Shown: piece after piece, positions 32,746 to 43,930 of the stretch
How positions within the stretch are numbered: the stretch's first letter is position 1
Layout: each line of letters begins with the position of its first letter
Assembly (NCBI GenBank): GCA_963845755.1
Contig: CAWJTV010000045.1
Span: forward strand, 1 to 64,000
Direction: 5' to 3'
DNA length: 64,000 nucleotides
DNA from: an uncultured Planctomycetota bacterium
GTDB taxonomy: Bacteria; Planctomycetota; Planctomycetia; Isosphaerales; Isosphaeraceae
The notes under the pieces: generated by a model
What the model saw: the letters and a program-made list of their open reading frames with translations, nothing else
Database searches by the model: none
Told to the model about the DNA's origin: nothing
Position numbers and translations under genes: made by a program

Positions 32746-35700
32746 TCAGGGCCGAGCAAAGGGATCGACAGGGAAATCCTCGTCGCCGATCAGGGTTTGG
32801 AATTCGGGAAGAGAAAGGATCGGAGCCAGCAAGGATTCGTGACGAAGCCGCCTGACATCCAGGAAACCGTCGGCGATCGCTTCCCGGATCATCGACGCGG
32901 CATAACGCTGGAGTCGCCGGAGCTGAGCTTCCGTTCTCGTGGAAGCGTGCTGGTGTAACGACCCTCGAGCCTCCAGCGCATATCGCGCGTATTCGAGGGC
33001 GATCTCATAGAACAGGCCGGGACGACCTCGAGCCGTGCTCAGGGAATCCCGGCGCCATCGGGACGCCTCCTCGTCGAGTCCGCGGGCGGCCAGCGCCTCG
33101 GCGAGCTGCTGGCGGACGATCACCAGATTTCGCCGCGCCTCGGGCCCTTGGGGTTCCTCGTGGTGGATTTCCGCCCAGAGCCGCTCCGATTTCCGGAGCA
33201 AGTCGAGGTCCGCCTGACCGGTCTCCTCCTCGCGGTACAGAGCCACGTGGAGACAAGCGCCGGCATGGAGGCCGCGAAAGTACTGCGGGAGGGGCTGGAT
33301 CAGGCTGACCTTGTCGCAGATCTCGAAGAGCTGGATCGTGACGGCTCTCCGCAGCTCCGCGAACCGCACGGGATCCGAGTCGCTGGCAGCCAGGAGATGG
33401 TGATCCAGGTCGGCGAGTGCGAGGTTGCTGTGGGTGACCCAGGAGGGCTGTAGGTCGGGGCGTGCGACGATGCCTTCGAGTGTGCGGCGTGCCTGTTCGA
33501 AGGCCGCAATCGCCTCGGCGGGCCGTCCGGCAGCAAGGTGAGCGCGTGCGACCTCCTGCTCGGCTAGTTCCAGCCCGGTGGCCGGGCGGAGGTCCTTGGG
33601 ATACTCCATGAACAGGGTTTGGTAAATCGCGATGGCGCGCCGGCCCGCCCCGATGGCGTCGTCGAACTGATGGTCTTCTCGGTAGGCCCGGCACAATTGA
33701 TATTCGGTATCGGCCAGATCGAAGCATCCCCACGCCTTCGGACCGATGACCGGGAGCAGTTTGTTTCCCCAGCCGTGCGCCTCCAGGAGCGCCGCGATGG
33801 CCTCGCGAAACCGGCCGTTGCCGAATTCGGAAACGCCGAGTGAAATGTGGCTCCCGATGATGATCAGCAACCATTGCGCGCGCTGGTCGTCGGCGCACTC
33901 GGCCAGTAGGGCCTGGGCGACGCTCGAGACTCGCCGGAATGCGGACAGTTTGGTCTCGCGGTCGGGCGCCAGTGTGCCGATGACATTGAGCGCGGCGACC
34001 AGGGCGTCACCGTTCGCGGGCGTGCGTTCCCGGGCGAAGAGCGACTCGGCAACTGCGACCGCCTTCCGTGCCGATTCGAGCGCCTCAGTTTGCTGGCCGT
34101 CTGCCAGTTGAGTCAACCCCAACACCCGGTAGGCGTCAACCAGCTCCCGAGAAGCCCGCGGATCACCCTCCAGGTCGCGGACGACACGAAGGCCGACCTC
34201 GATCAGGACCTTCTGATCGGTGGCGCGCTTCGTCCTGAGACTGCGCTTCCATTCGGCCCCGACCGATCAGACCGATGAGCTCGCGCACGGACGCCAGGGC
34301 ACGGTTGCGAGAGCGTTCGGCGCGGTCGCGCTCGTCGAGGGACTGAGCCTCCGCCTGCCGGGCGTCGCGCTCGGCGGCCGAGGCGCGGTTGCGGGCGGCC
34401 TCGGCCTGGTCGCGCTCGGTGCGTGCCTGGCTCTCCGCCCGGCGAGCGGTATGTTCGGCCGATGTGGCGCGAAGGGCCTGCCAGGTGCTGGCGACCAGTC
34501 CGGTGCCCAGCGCGAGCAAGAATGCCGCAGCCCACGGGTTGCGCCGGCACCACCGCCGCATTCGCTCGGAGATCGCAGGCCGCCTCGCCTGGATCGGCCG
34601 GTCCTCGAGGTACCGCCGCAAGTCGTCGGCCAGCGCGCCGGCGGTGACGTACCGCCGGTCCGGCTCGGGCGCGATCGCCTTGTGGATGATCGTCTCCAGG
34701 TCGCGAGCGACGCCCGGGACCCGCTTTCCCAGCCGGGTCGCCTGAGCTTTCCGAACTTGCTCGATCAACTCGTAGCGATCCGATGCCGCAAATGCCGGAT
34801 GAAGTGCCACCAGCTCGTACAACGTCAAGCCCAGGGCGTAAACGTCCGAGCGTGCGTCGCAACAGCCACGGAACCGCTCGGGTGCCATGTATCGGACGGT
34901 GCCCAGGACGTCGCCGGTGCTCGTGAGGTCTTCCGCCTCCCGCATCTTCGCCAGCCCGAAATCCGTGACCCACACCGTCCCGCTCGGGTCGAGCAACAGG
35001 TTCGACGGCTTGATGTCCCGGTGGAGGATGCCGTGCCGGTGCGCGTAGTGGAGCGCCTCGGCGACCGAGAGGCCGACCCGCGCCACGCCTCCATACGGCC
35101 GAGTCTCGGCGGAGGTAGGTGTCGAGAGTCCAGACAATCCCGGTCGGTTCAGCGACGAGTCTCCGCCGCCGAGCTCCGTCCCTTGCTCCGCACCACGACG
35201 CGATTCGTCGATGACACGGTCCAGGCCAACGCCCTCGATATACTGCATGACATAGTAGTGATACCCATCGTGCTGACCGACGCCGAAGACGGGGACGATG
35301 TGGGTGTGGTGCAGTCGAGCCGCGGCCTTGGCCTCCTGATCGAACCGCTGAACCTGTTTGGGATGCATCAAGCCGTGAGCCGACAGAACCTTCAGCGCCA
35401 CGAGGCGGTTCAATTGCTCGTCCTCGGCCGCGTAGACCACGCCCATGCCTCCACGGCCGATCTCGCGGAGGATGCGGAAACCCTGGATCGCCGGCAGAGC
35501 CCGGGAATCGGATCCCGGCTCCGCAAGCGTGGGATCGTCCGGCGCTTCGACCTCAGGATCGAGGAATCGCGTCGGCCTCGGCCCATGACCACAGCATGCT
35601 TCCCCGGCTCGAATGACGGCGGCCCACCGGACTTGAGTCGTTCGATCAACGAGGCGTCGCGCTCGTCGCCGCCGGGGTTAGAGGGCGTTCGCGCGATCTT

Positions 35701-35844
35701 GGTGCAAACGGCAGTCAGTTTCTCCAGCGTCTGCTGACATGCCTCGCACTGCTCGACATGGATCGCGAGCGCCTCGGTGTCGCGGCGATCCATCTCCTCT
35801 CGCAGGAACCGTCGCAGTTGGTCGCCGGTCGCGCACGGAGTCAT
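32746..35844 (-). CDS. Ser/Thr protein kinase with N-terminal zf-HC2-like motif, TM and TPR-like C-terminus (frameshifts ~35480 and ~34200)
   Basis: HVEQCEAC, VALK, HRDIKPSN, TDFGLA, GTVRYMAPE, DVYALG, LADDLRRYL. Confidence 0.88.
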
Positions 35845-35881
35845 GACGGGGCCTCGATCCTCGGAGCGTACGACCGCGCGA

Positions 35882-36497
35882 TCAGAGCGGATTACCAGGA
35901 GAAGTCTCGTCCTGGAGCTTGCGCACTTCTTCCTGGAGCATCCGCATCACGCCGCTCTTGGCCTGGTAGACCGTGCCGACGCGCATGCCCAGGACCTTCG
36001 CGACCTCCGCGGCCGAGCCGCCCTTCGCAGGCGGTGAGGTGGTAGGCCTCCCAGGTCCGTGCCGCGATGCGCTGGCGGACCATTCGCATGGCGACTTCGA
36101 GCAGCTCCAGATCGAATTCCTCTTCGAGTCGCCGCAACAGGTCGTCACGGGCCTCCGTGCTTGCCAACTGCTCGAGGATATCCGTTGTCCCCGAGCCGAC
36201 GACCGGCCCACGCGCCGTCAGCGCATCCTGTAACGTGGTCCGAACGAGCGACCGAAGCCATCCGCGAAAGCTCCGCGAGGGGTCGTATTCGAAGTGGCGC
36301 AGCCTCACCGAGAGCTTGGTCAACACCGCCTGGCTCACATCCAGGATGTCGGCCTCCTGGAGACCCCAGGCGCGGCACCAATGAAAGATCCGCGGGCCAT
36401 AGCGGTCGACGAATTGGCCCCAGGCCGCCTCGTCCGGCGGAGAGACGGCCAACTGGCCGAGCAGGGTGGAACTGGTCGAGTCGTCGCGATACGGCAT
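35882..36497 (-). CDS. Kinase-associated ECF sigma factor (frameshift ~36030)
   Basis: TSSTLL, AWGQFVDRYGPRI, FEYDPSRSFRGWL, AAEVAKVLGMRVGTVYQAKS; directly upstream of the kinase. Confidence 0.88.
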
Positions 36498-36811
36498 GAC
36501 CTTCTCGAGATCAAGGGATCTCCTCGAGCCGCCATGATGCGTCCTCCCGTGTTGACGCCGATCAACGGTCGGTCCATGCCGGCTCATTTTTTCGCGAGGC
36601 GCCTGAGATTCGGCGGTCCCCGGCAGTATCTCTATAGTTCAGAATAACGCGTCATGGCTACGAATCAAACATGATGCCACGGTTCACCGGGATGAACGTA
36701 GGCGACCGAGGCCGCGCAGGCTCCAATCCCTTCGACCTGGAGATTCGGAGCCGTCACAACCCATTCGACCGTTCGATGCAGACCGTCTTCACGCCCTTGA
36801 GGAGTTCCTCG

Positions 36812-37666
36812 ATGATAGCACGCGTAATGGCATTCGCGACGTCGCTGATACTCGCCTGGGGAGTCTCGTCGGCGAACGCCGGGATTCTTGGGATAAGCTA
36901 CACGGATGTCACGCCAGGCTCCACGATCGACCTGACCGCTTCGGACACGTTGGATTGGGCAAAGTGGGGCAATGGGGAACCGACTAATACGATCGACTAT
37001 TCGACACCCCGCGATAGCGGTGGCACGATCATCGATCCGACGTTGAGCCCCCTCGGACCGGCTCCGGCCGGAACCTCGGTCGTCCTGGAAGCGTTCGCCC
37101 CGATCGCTGGAGAAACCCCCGTTTTCTCCTGGACAAACGGTACGATCCCCATGGCCGGCGGCAATCCGGTCGGAACGTCTGTGAGTGAAACCATCTTACC
37201 CGCGCAATTCAGCTATCCGCTCGGTTTCGGCGCCTCGTTACAGGCCACGGCGGACTCCGGACCGGGCACGCTCGATCTCTACGTGGCGGGGTTTAACACG
37301 CGAATGGAACTTACGGCGTTGTTGAGCGGGGGCGGGAGTGATTCTCTCATCGCGTCCAACGCGGCGCTGATCCAGATCCCCGGTGCCGGGAATAACAACT
37401 ATTTTACGTTCGGCATGTTCTCGATCGTATACTCCGGCGCGGGGGAGACCTTGACGCTCGATCTCACGGCCGCCAATCAGTTGGGAATCCCCACGGACGC
37501 TCCCCAGTTCGGTTTCGCCAATGCCGGCGTCTTCGCGGCAACGGTCGTTCAGGGCGCCGCCATTCCTGAGCCGTCGAGCATGGTGTTGTCCATGATCGGC
37601 TTTGGCAGTCTGTTCGGCTTCGTGCTCATGCGACGTCGCAATACATCGAACGGGTTTGCTGATTGA
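36812..37666 (+). CDS. Secreted PEP-CTERM protein
   Basis: AGGAG RBS, signal peptide ending ANA, C-terminal IPEPSS + TM + RRR. Confidence 0.88.
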   Translation: MIARVMAFATSLILAWGVSSANAGILGISYTDVTPGSTIDLTASDTLDWAKWGNGEPTNTIDYSTPRDSGGTIIDPTLSPLGPAPAGTSVVLEAFAPIAGETPVFSWTNGTIPMAGGNPVGTSVSETILPAQFSYPLGFGASLQATADSGPGTLDLYVAGFNTRMELTALLSGGGSDSLIASNAALIQIPGAGNNNYFTFGMFSIVYSGAGETLTLDLTAANQLGIPTDAPQFGFANAGVFAATVVQGAAIPEPSSMVLSMIGFGSLFGFVLMRRRNTSNGFAD

Positions 37667-37813
37667 TCCTGGTTGAATCGGGGTGGGCTCTCCATCCGGA
37701 TCGCAGGGCGACGATCCGAGAGATATCGGAGTTGTCGAATCCCAGGCAGCGGGCGTCCGGTCGCCGCACGTTGATTCCGAAGAGAAGTCTTCCCGACCGA
37801 GGAGACCACGATC

Positions 37814-40800
37814 ATGTTGCGCGCACATCGCGGGGCTTGTCGCCGCGTGTCACTCGAGCGCCGGCGATCTCACGACCCGTTCCTGGAACGCCTGGAACCC
37901 CGAATCGCCCTCAGCACCTTCCAGGTCGCCACGGAAGAGCAGCTCCGCAACGCGATTGCCGCTGCGGACAGCAACAGCGACGCCGACAACGCGATCGCCG
38001 TGACGGCCAACATCGCGCTGACGGAGACCGGAGAAGGTCAACTGGTGATCGACAACACCACGAGCACGCCCAAGACCCTGATCATTTCAGGGCAGAGCCT
38101 CGGGCCGCCATATACGGAGATCGCCGGCTCGAGTTCCTGGAATTCCCGGATCTTCGAGATCGTGGGGACGGGCAAGGCGAGCGTGAACGTCTTGATCAAG
38201 GACCTGGAGATTACCGGCGGCAAGGCGCACGACGGCGGTGTCCTGGGTGGTAACACTGCGCCTGGGAGGTGGTTTCCTGATCGATGGCGGGCACGTGACC
38301 CTCAGCAACGTGGACGTGACCTCCAACTCGGCGATCGGCGCAACCGGCGCCATCGGCGCGACCGGGAAGACCGGCGCCGCCGGGGGAAACGGCGGCAACG
38401 GCGGCAACGCTCGTGGTGGCGGTATCTACCTGGCTGGAGGATCACTGACCCTGAATAACTCCTGGGTCATCGCTAATTCCGCCGTGGGCGGCTTTGGTGG
38501 CAACGGCGGAAATGGGGGCAATGCTGCGCCGGAAGCGTTGGCAAGAACGGAGGGCCTGGCGGGAATGGGGGCAACGGTGGCCACGGCGGATCTGCCACAG
38601 GTGGCGGGATCTGCCAGGCGAGCGGGACCCTCGTCGTGCGCCAGTCAGAGATCGTGAAAAACGAGGCAGGCGGTCGCGCCGGCGGCCGTGGAGGCAACGG
38701 CGGCCACGGCGCGACGGGAGGGAGTGGCCGTACCGGTTCCAATGCTGCCAACGGCAGCGGTGACAAGCTGTCCGGCGGTCGCGGCGGCAACGGCGAGGAT
38801 GGCGGCAAGGGCGGCGCGGGGGAAACGCGGGCTCAGGAGGAAACGGCGGCAATGGCTATGGAGCCGGCCTATACATAAGCTCGGGCATCGTAACGATATC
38901 GGGTGCAGGCCCCGACGGTCTCACCATCGCCGACAATCTTGCGCAAGGCGGCAGCGGCGAAGCGGGCGGCAACGGCGGATCGGGGGGGAAGGGTGGCCAC
39001 GGAGGTCATGGCGGTCGCGGCGGAGCCGGAGGGCCCGGCCAGAGTAGCGGCGGAGCCGGTGGCCTTGGCGGAGCCGGCGGCAATGGTGGCAGCGGTGGTG
39101 ATGGAGGCCCCGGCGGCGACGGCGCCGCGGGCGGTAACGGGGGCCTGGCCGAAGGAGGCGGGATCTACCTGGTAACGGGTCGCGTGACTCTGGACGCGAC
39201 TCAAATCGCCGGCAATGAGACCAGGGGCGGCAGGGCCGGATTCGGCGGCGGGGGGGGCGAAGGCGGCTGTTGGCGGCAGTTGCGGCGGCGGCGGTGATGG
39301 AGGTGCCGGCGGCGCCGGGGGAGCGGATGGGACGATCGGGCGCCGCACGAGGTCTCGGGGGCAAAGGGGGTGACGCTGGGGCCGGGGGTGCGGTCGGTCG
39401 CGGTGGTGCCGGCGGCGCAGGCGGCGCCGGCCGTGCCGCCGGTGCCGGGGGGACGGCCGGCGGGTAGCGCCATCTTCGTAACGGGCGGCAACCTCAGTCT
39501 CACCAGCTCCATGTTGAGTGATGGTGAGATCGAGGGCGGAACCGGTGGATCCGGTGGTGCAGGCGGGCTCGGCGGTAAGGGCGGCAACGTCGTCTATCTC
39601 AATGGCGGCGGGGCCGGCGGCAATGGTGGCAACGGTGGCCTCGGCAGCACGGGCGGAAAGGGTGGCCTCGGCGGGGTCGGCGGCTTCGGTGGCACCGGGG
39701 GCGGCGGCGGCAATGGCGGTCCAGGCGGCGCCGGCGGCAACGGCGGGATGGGTTTCGGCGGCGGAATTGCCGTCACTGGGGGCATCGTCACCCTGTGGTT
39801 CGACTCGCTGAGTGCAGATACAGTCACCGGCGGTGCGGGTGGCCAGGGTGGACCCGGCGGCTCTGGCGGCGCCGGGGGCGGACTCGGTATCGGTGGCCAT
39901 GGTGGCACGGGCGGCGATGGTGGTCAGGGCGCCCATGGCGTTGGCGGGGCTGGCGGTAATGGGGGCAATGGCGGCGCCGCTGGAAAAGGCGGGAGCGGCG
40001 GCAATGGCGGCTCCGGGGGCCTCGAGGGCACCGCGGGAGATGCCATCGGCGGTGCCATCTATGTGTCAGGAGGGCAGGTCACGCTCAACGGTGTTCCGTA
40101 TGAGCAGGCCGTTCTGGTGATCGAACCCTATGCGCCCCTGAACGCTCACGGTGGAGCCGGAGGAACCGGCGGCACCATTGGGCAGCCTGGCGTCGCCGGT
40201 CTGGGAGGCAATGGCGGTCATGGGACCACGAGCAACGGCAAGGACGGTACGCCGGGATCCGCCGGCAACTCCTTCCAGGCCGGCGACGACGGCTCCAGCG
40301 GCGCCAAAGGGACCGCCGGATCGAGCCGCCTCGGCCAACGGTCCGGGAATCTACGGCAGTGTCACTCAGGTCGCGCTCCAACTCGTCATCACCAGCCCTC
40401 CACCCGCCAACGTCGCTGTGAACGCGCCGTTCTCCGTGACGGTCGCCGCGGAAAACGCCCATGGGCAAGTTGACACAACCTTCAATGGAAGCGTCACCAT
40501 TGCTCTGGCCAACAACCCTACCGGTGTCTCCCTCTCTGGCAACACCACGGTCACGGCCTCCAATGGTGTGGCCTCGTTCTCCGGCTTGACCATGACGATC
40601 TGGCGCGGCTATCAGGGAGGCAAATACGCGATTGCCGCGACCAGCGGCGGTGTGCTCTCCTCACCGGCTGCGATTACCGTTCAGGGGCCAACCGCCCCGC
40701 CCACTCCCACGCAGACTCTTCCCACCATCATCGGCGAGAAACCCCTGTTCACGCGCAAGCTCAACAAGCGTCACAAGCCGGTGGGCAAGCCGGTCCTGAG

Positions 40801-41152
40801 CGGCTTCGAGCTTCAATTCAGCACGGCGATGAATCCAACCACGGCGGGCAGCCCGAACAACTACCAGGTCGCCTGGATGTCTGTCAAGCGCGTCAAGAAG
40901 AAGACCGTGAAGCTCGTTCACCCGATATCCGTCACCGCGCAGTACGATTCCGCGACGGACGCCGTCACCTTGCTCCTGAGCCAGAAGCAGACCTTCGCCA
41001 AGGGAGGCCAGATCACAGCAATCGCGGCGTCGCCGAACGGAGTCAGCAGTGCCGCTGGCATCCTGCTGGACGGGAACGATGAAGGCACCGCGGGCGATGA
41101 TGGCGTGTTCACCATCATGCCGAGAGCGAGCGGGATCGTGCGAGGATCCTAG
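37814..41152 (+). CDS. Large Gly-rich extracellular protein with planctomycete leader and C-terminal Ig-like domains (several frameshifts)
   Basis: LERLEPRIALS leader, SRIFEI, GGxGGxGG runs, GGGIYL, QLVIT.PP..V...PFSVTVAAE...VDTTFNGSVTIAL, FSTAMNP. Confidence 0.8.
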
Positions 41153-41185
41153 CACCTGACCCGGAGTGACGTGGTCCCCCACTCG

Positions 41186-41218
41186 TGTCGCGACGCGATC
41201 GAGTTTGATCGCGCGACA
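41186..41218. repeat. Short palindrome resembling the IS end at 6240-6300
   Basis: TGTCGCGACGCGATCGAGTTTGATCGCGCGACA shares TGTCGYGACGCGATC with 6240-6254. Confidence 0.45.
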
Positions 41219-41285
41219 ATCTCGAGCGGTTCACGAACGGTCTGCTACCGAAATATAAAATACGTAAATATCTCAATATTTTATT

Positions 41286-41352
41286 TATAATATTAACGTT
41301 GATGAGTTGAGGGTTAGGTCAGCACACCTGTTCCTCCACCTGTTCTCAGGTG
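41286..41352. repeat. Conserved boundary motif, copy 2 (putative mobile-element end)
   Basis: TATAATATTAACGTT 41286-41300, then CACCTGTT-CCTC-CACCTGTT-CT-CAGGTG 41325-41352. Confidence 0.65.
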
Positions 41353-41458
41353 CACGTCTCTCGATCGCCTGGCGCTCGGGTTGAGCAACCCGAACGCGAT
41401 GATGTTCGCAACCCATTCATGGAGCGCCCTGGGTCCATGGACGTGGCGAGATTCCCAC

Positions 41459-42328
41459 TTACGGCTCCGGTTCATGCCCGCCAGACACCCGCGTGACGAC
41501 TCGTTCAATCAATCCCGCCAACTCCGGCGCGGCCCGGCGGCCGGCGGCTAGTACTTCTTCATGGGTGATCGGCGTGCCGACCACGCCCGCCGCGGCGTTG
41601 GATACCAGGGCAATGGCAAGTACTTCCATTCCCGCGTGCCGCGCCACGATGGCCTCGGGAACCGTTGACATGCCCACCACGTCTGCGCCGAGCGTTCGGA
41701 GCATTCGGATCTCGGCGGGTGTCTCGTAGCTGGGCCCCGGCACGCACGCGTAGACACCCTGCAGGGCCTCGATCCCAAGTCGCTTCGCTTCTTCGAGCGC
41801 GTTCGCGCGCAGACGCGAGGAGTAGACTTCGGTCATATCCGGAAATCGCGTGCCGAGCCTTGTATCATTTAGACCGCGCAGAGGATTGGCGCCGAGCAGG
41901 TTGAGGTGATCGGTCAGGACGACCAAGTTCCCAGGGCGGAGGTCGGCGCGGATCCCTCCCGTGGCCGCGGTAAGGATGAGCGTGTTGACGCCGAGCCGTT
42001 GGAGCACGCGAATGGGGAAGGTCACCGTCTCCAGGTCGTGTCCCTCGTAGTAGTGGAAACGTCCCTGGAGCATCAATACCCAGGTACCTTCTAGCCTGCC
42101 GAGGATCACCTGTCCTTCATGCCCGGCGACCGTCGTGACGGGGAAATGGGGTATCTGCTCGTACGGGATGATCGTCCGGTCGTCGAGCTGATCGGCCAGG
42201 TCGTTGAGTCCAGAGCCGAGCACCACGGCGAGCCGGGGCATTTCCGAGCCCACGGCGCGGATGCGCAAGGCGGCCTCCTCGGCGCGTGTGAGGAGGTCTG
42301 GCGACGTTGAGGGCAGGGGGGGCGTCAT
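41459..42328 (-). CDS. punA: Purine nucleoside phosphorylase (trimeric type)
   Basis: LGSGL, VAGHEG, QGRFHYYEG, GPSYETPAE, VGMSTVPE, SNAAAG. Confidence 0.93.
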   Translation of the reverse strand: MTPPLPSTSPDLLTRAEEAALRIRAVGSEMPRLAVVLGSGLNDLADQLDDRTIIPYEQIPHFPVTTVAGHEGQVILGRLEGTWVLMLQGRFHYYEGHDLETVTFPIRVLQRLGVNTLILTAATGGIRADLRPGNLVVLTDHLNLLGANPLRGLNDTRLGTRFPDMTEVYSSRLRANALEEAKRLGIEALQGVYACVPGPSYETPAEIRMLRTLGADVVGMSTVPEAIVARHAGMEVLAIALVSNAAAGVVGTPITHEEVLAAGRRAAPELAGLIERVVTRVSGGHEPEP

Positions 42329-43905
42329 AACAAGATTCCCGCGATGCAGGCCGACAGGTAGTTGGCCAGAGTCCCGGCAAGCAGTGCCTTGACGCCCAGC
42401 CGTGCCAGGTCATGTCGGCGCTCTGGCGCCAGGGCGCCGATACCGCCAAGTTGGATACCAATCGAGCTGATGTTCGCGAAGCCGCACAGCGCGAAGCTGG
42501 TGATGACGAACGAACGCGGTAGTAACTGATCCTTGATTTTTCCCAGGTCGTCAAACGCGATCAGCTCGTTGATGACCGTTCGCGTTCCGAGGAGCTGGCC
42601 AACCGGTCGGACGTCCTCCCATGGCACACCCAGCAAATACGCGACTGGGGACATCGCCCAACCCAGGATCGCTTGCAAAGACCACCGGTTCTGAAAGAAT
42701 GGCCGAATCCATTGAAGACACTGTCGGCACCACTCCGGCATGTGTTCCAGTACCACGACCGAGTCGACGATCTGCTTGAGGTGCATCCCCAAGGACTCGA
42801 GGCCCATGTTCACGAGTGCGATCAACCCCAGGAACGCGATCAGCATGGCCGCGATGTTCAGAGCCAGTTGCAGGCCGTCACGAGTTCCGCGCGATGCCGC
42901 GTCGAGCACGTTGGCATCGGTCGAGGGCTCGAGGGCATGGACGGTGCCCAGCGTCTCGGGATGATCCATTTCGGGCACGAGCATCTTCGAGATCATGATC
43001 GCGCCGGGAGCCGTCATGATAACAGCTGTCAGGATGTGACGCGGCTCGACACCGAATGCGAAATAGGCGGCCATCACTCCTCCCGAGACGTGCGCCATGC
43101 CCGAGGTCATGACCGTCAACAACTCGGAGTTTGTCAACCTCGGCAAGTAGGGGCGGATGGTCAAAGGCGCCTCGGTCTGCCCGAGGAAAAGCGAGGCGGC
43201 GACGTTGAGCGACTCCGCCCCACTGGTCTTCATGAACCAGGCCATCACCACCGCGAAGACCCGCACGATCCACTGCATCACGCCGATGTGGTACAGGACC
43301 GCGAAGAGTGCCGCGACGAAGATCACCGTCGGCAGCACGCGAAAGGCGAAGACGAACAACGCCGGCCCCTTGGGATCGATGAGCGCCTTGCCGAAGACGA
43401 ACCTGGATCCTTCCAGCGCGCACCCGAGGATCAACTCGACAGACTCACCGCTCCACCTCAAGAGTTCGACGCCGGCCGGGACGCGCAAGACCAGCAGCGC
43501 GAATCCCCATTGCAGCAAGAGTCCCCAGAAGACCACTCGCATCGAGATCGCACGGCGGTTGTCCGAAAGGAAGGCCGCGACTCCCAGGATGGCAAACATC
43601 CCGAAGAGACCGCGGATTCGGTCGGCGATGTCGAGCAGGTCGAGCGACTCGGGAGCCGAGAATCGCCAGGACCAAGGACCGAGTGAGACCTGGTAGATCC
43701 GCCGGAGCTCGACCGGCTTGACGACGATCCGAGGCGTCGGGTCCGTGTCGTCCGAGGACTCCGGCGGCCGGTCGCCTGTCGGCTCGATGGACCTCGTCGA
43801 GGACTTCGCGCCGGCCTGGTCGTCGGCGGACTCGGCGATCCCGACGGTCAGCGCACCGAACCCGAGGGCGAGTACGACGATGCCAGCCCGATACGGCAAT
43901 TTCAT
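42325..43905 (-). CDS. nupC: Concentrative nucleoside transporter (NupC family) with N-terminal extension
   Basis: FAFRVLPTVIF, SGAES, FLGQTEAPL, FALCGFANISSIGIQLGG. Confidence 0.92.
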   Translation of the reverse strand: MKLPYRAGIVVLALGFGALTVGIAESADDQAGAKSSTRSIEPTGDRPPESSDDTDPTPRIVVKPVELRRIYQVSLGPWSWRFSAPESLDLLDIADRIRGLFGMFAILGVAAFLSDNRRAISMRVVFWGLLLQWGFALLVLRVPAGVELLRWSGESVELILGCALEGSRFVFGKALIDPKGPALFVFAFRVLPTVIFVAALFAVLYHIGVMQWIVRVFAVVMAWFMKTSGAESLNVAASLFLGQTEAPLTIRPYLPRLTNSELLTVMTSGMAHVSGGVMAAYFAFGVEPRHILTAVIMTAPGAIMISKMLVPEMDHPETLGTVHALEPSTDANVLDAASRGTRDGLQLALNIAAMLIAFLGLIALVNMGLESLGMHLKQIVDSVVVLEHMPEWCRQCLQWIRPFFQNRWSLQAILGWAMSPVAYLLGVPWEDVRPVGQLLGTRTVINELIAFDDLGKIKDQLLPRSFVITSFALCGFANISSIGIQLGGIGALAPERRHDLARLGVKALLAGTLANYLSACIAGILL

Positions 43906-43930
43906 CCAATCGGCCTTCTTGGTTGCGGAT

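Noticed and set aside
37814..41152. PE_PGRS gene or programmed phase variation
   Set aside because: No PE domain; the Gly-rich similarity is compositional, and the frameshifts match the window-wide error pattern.
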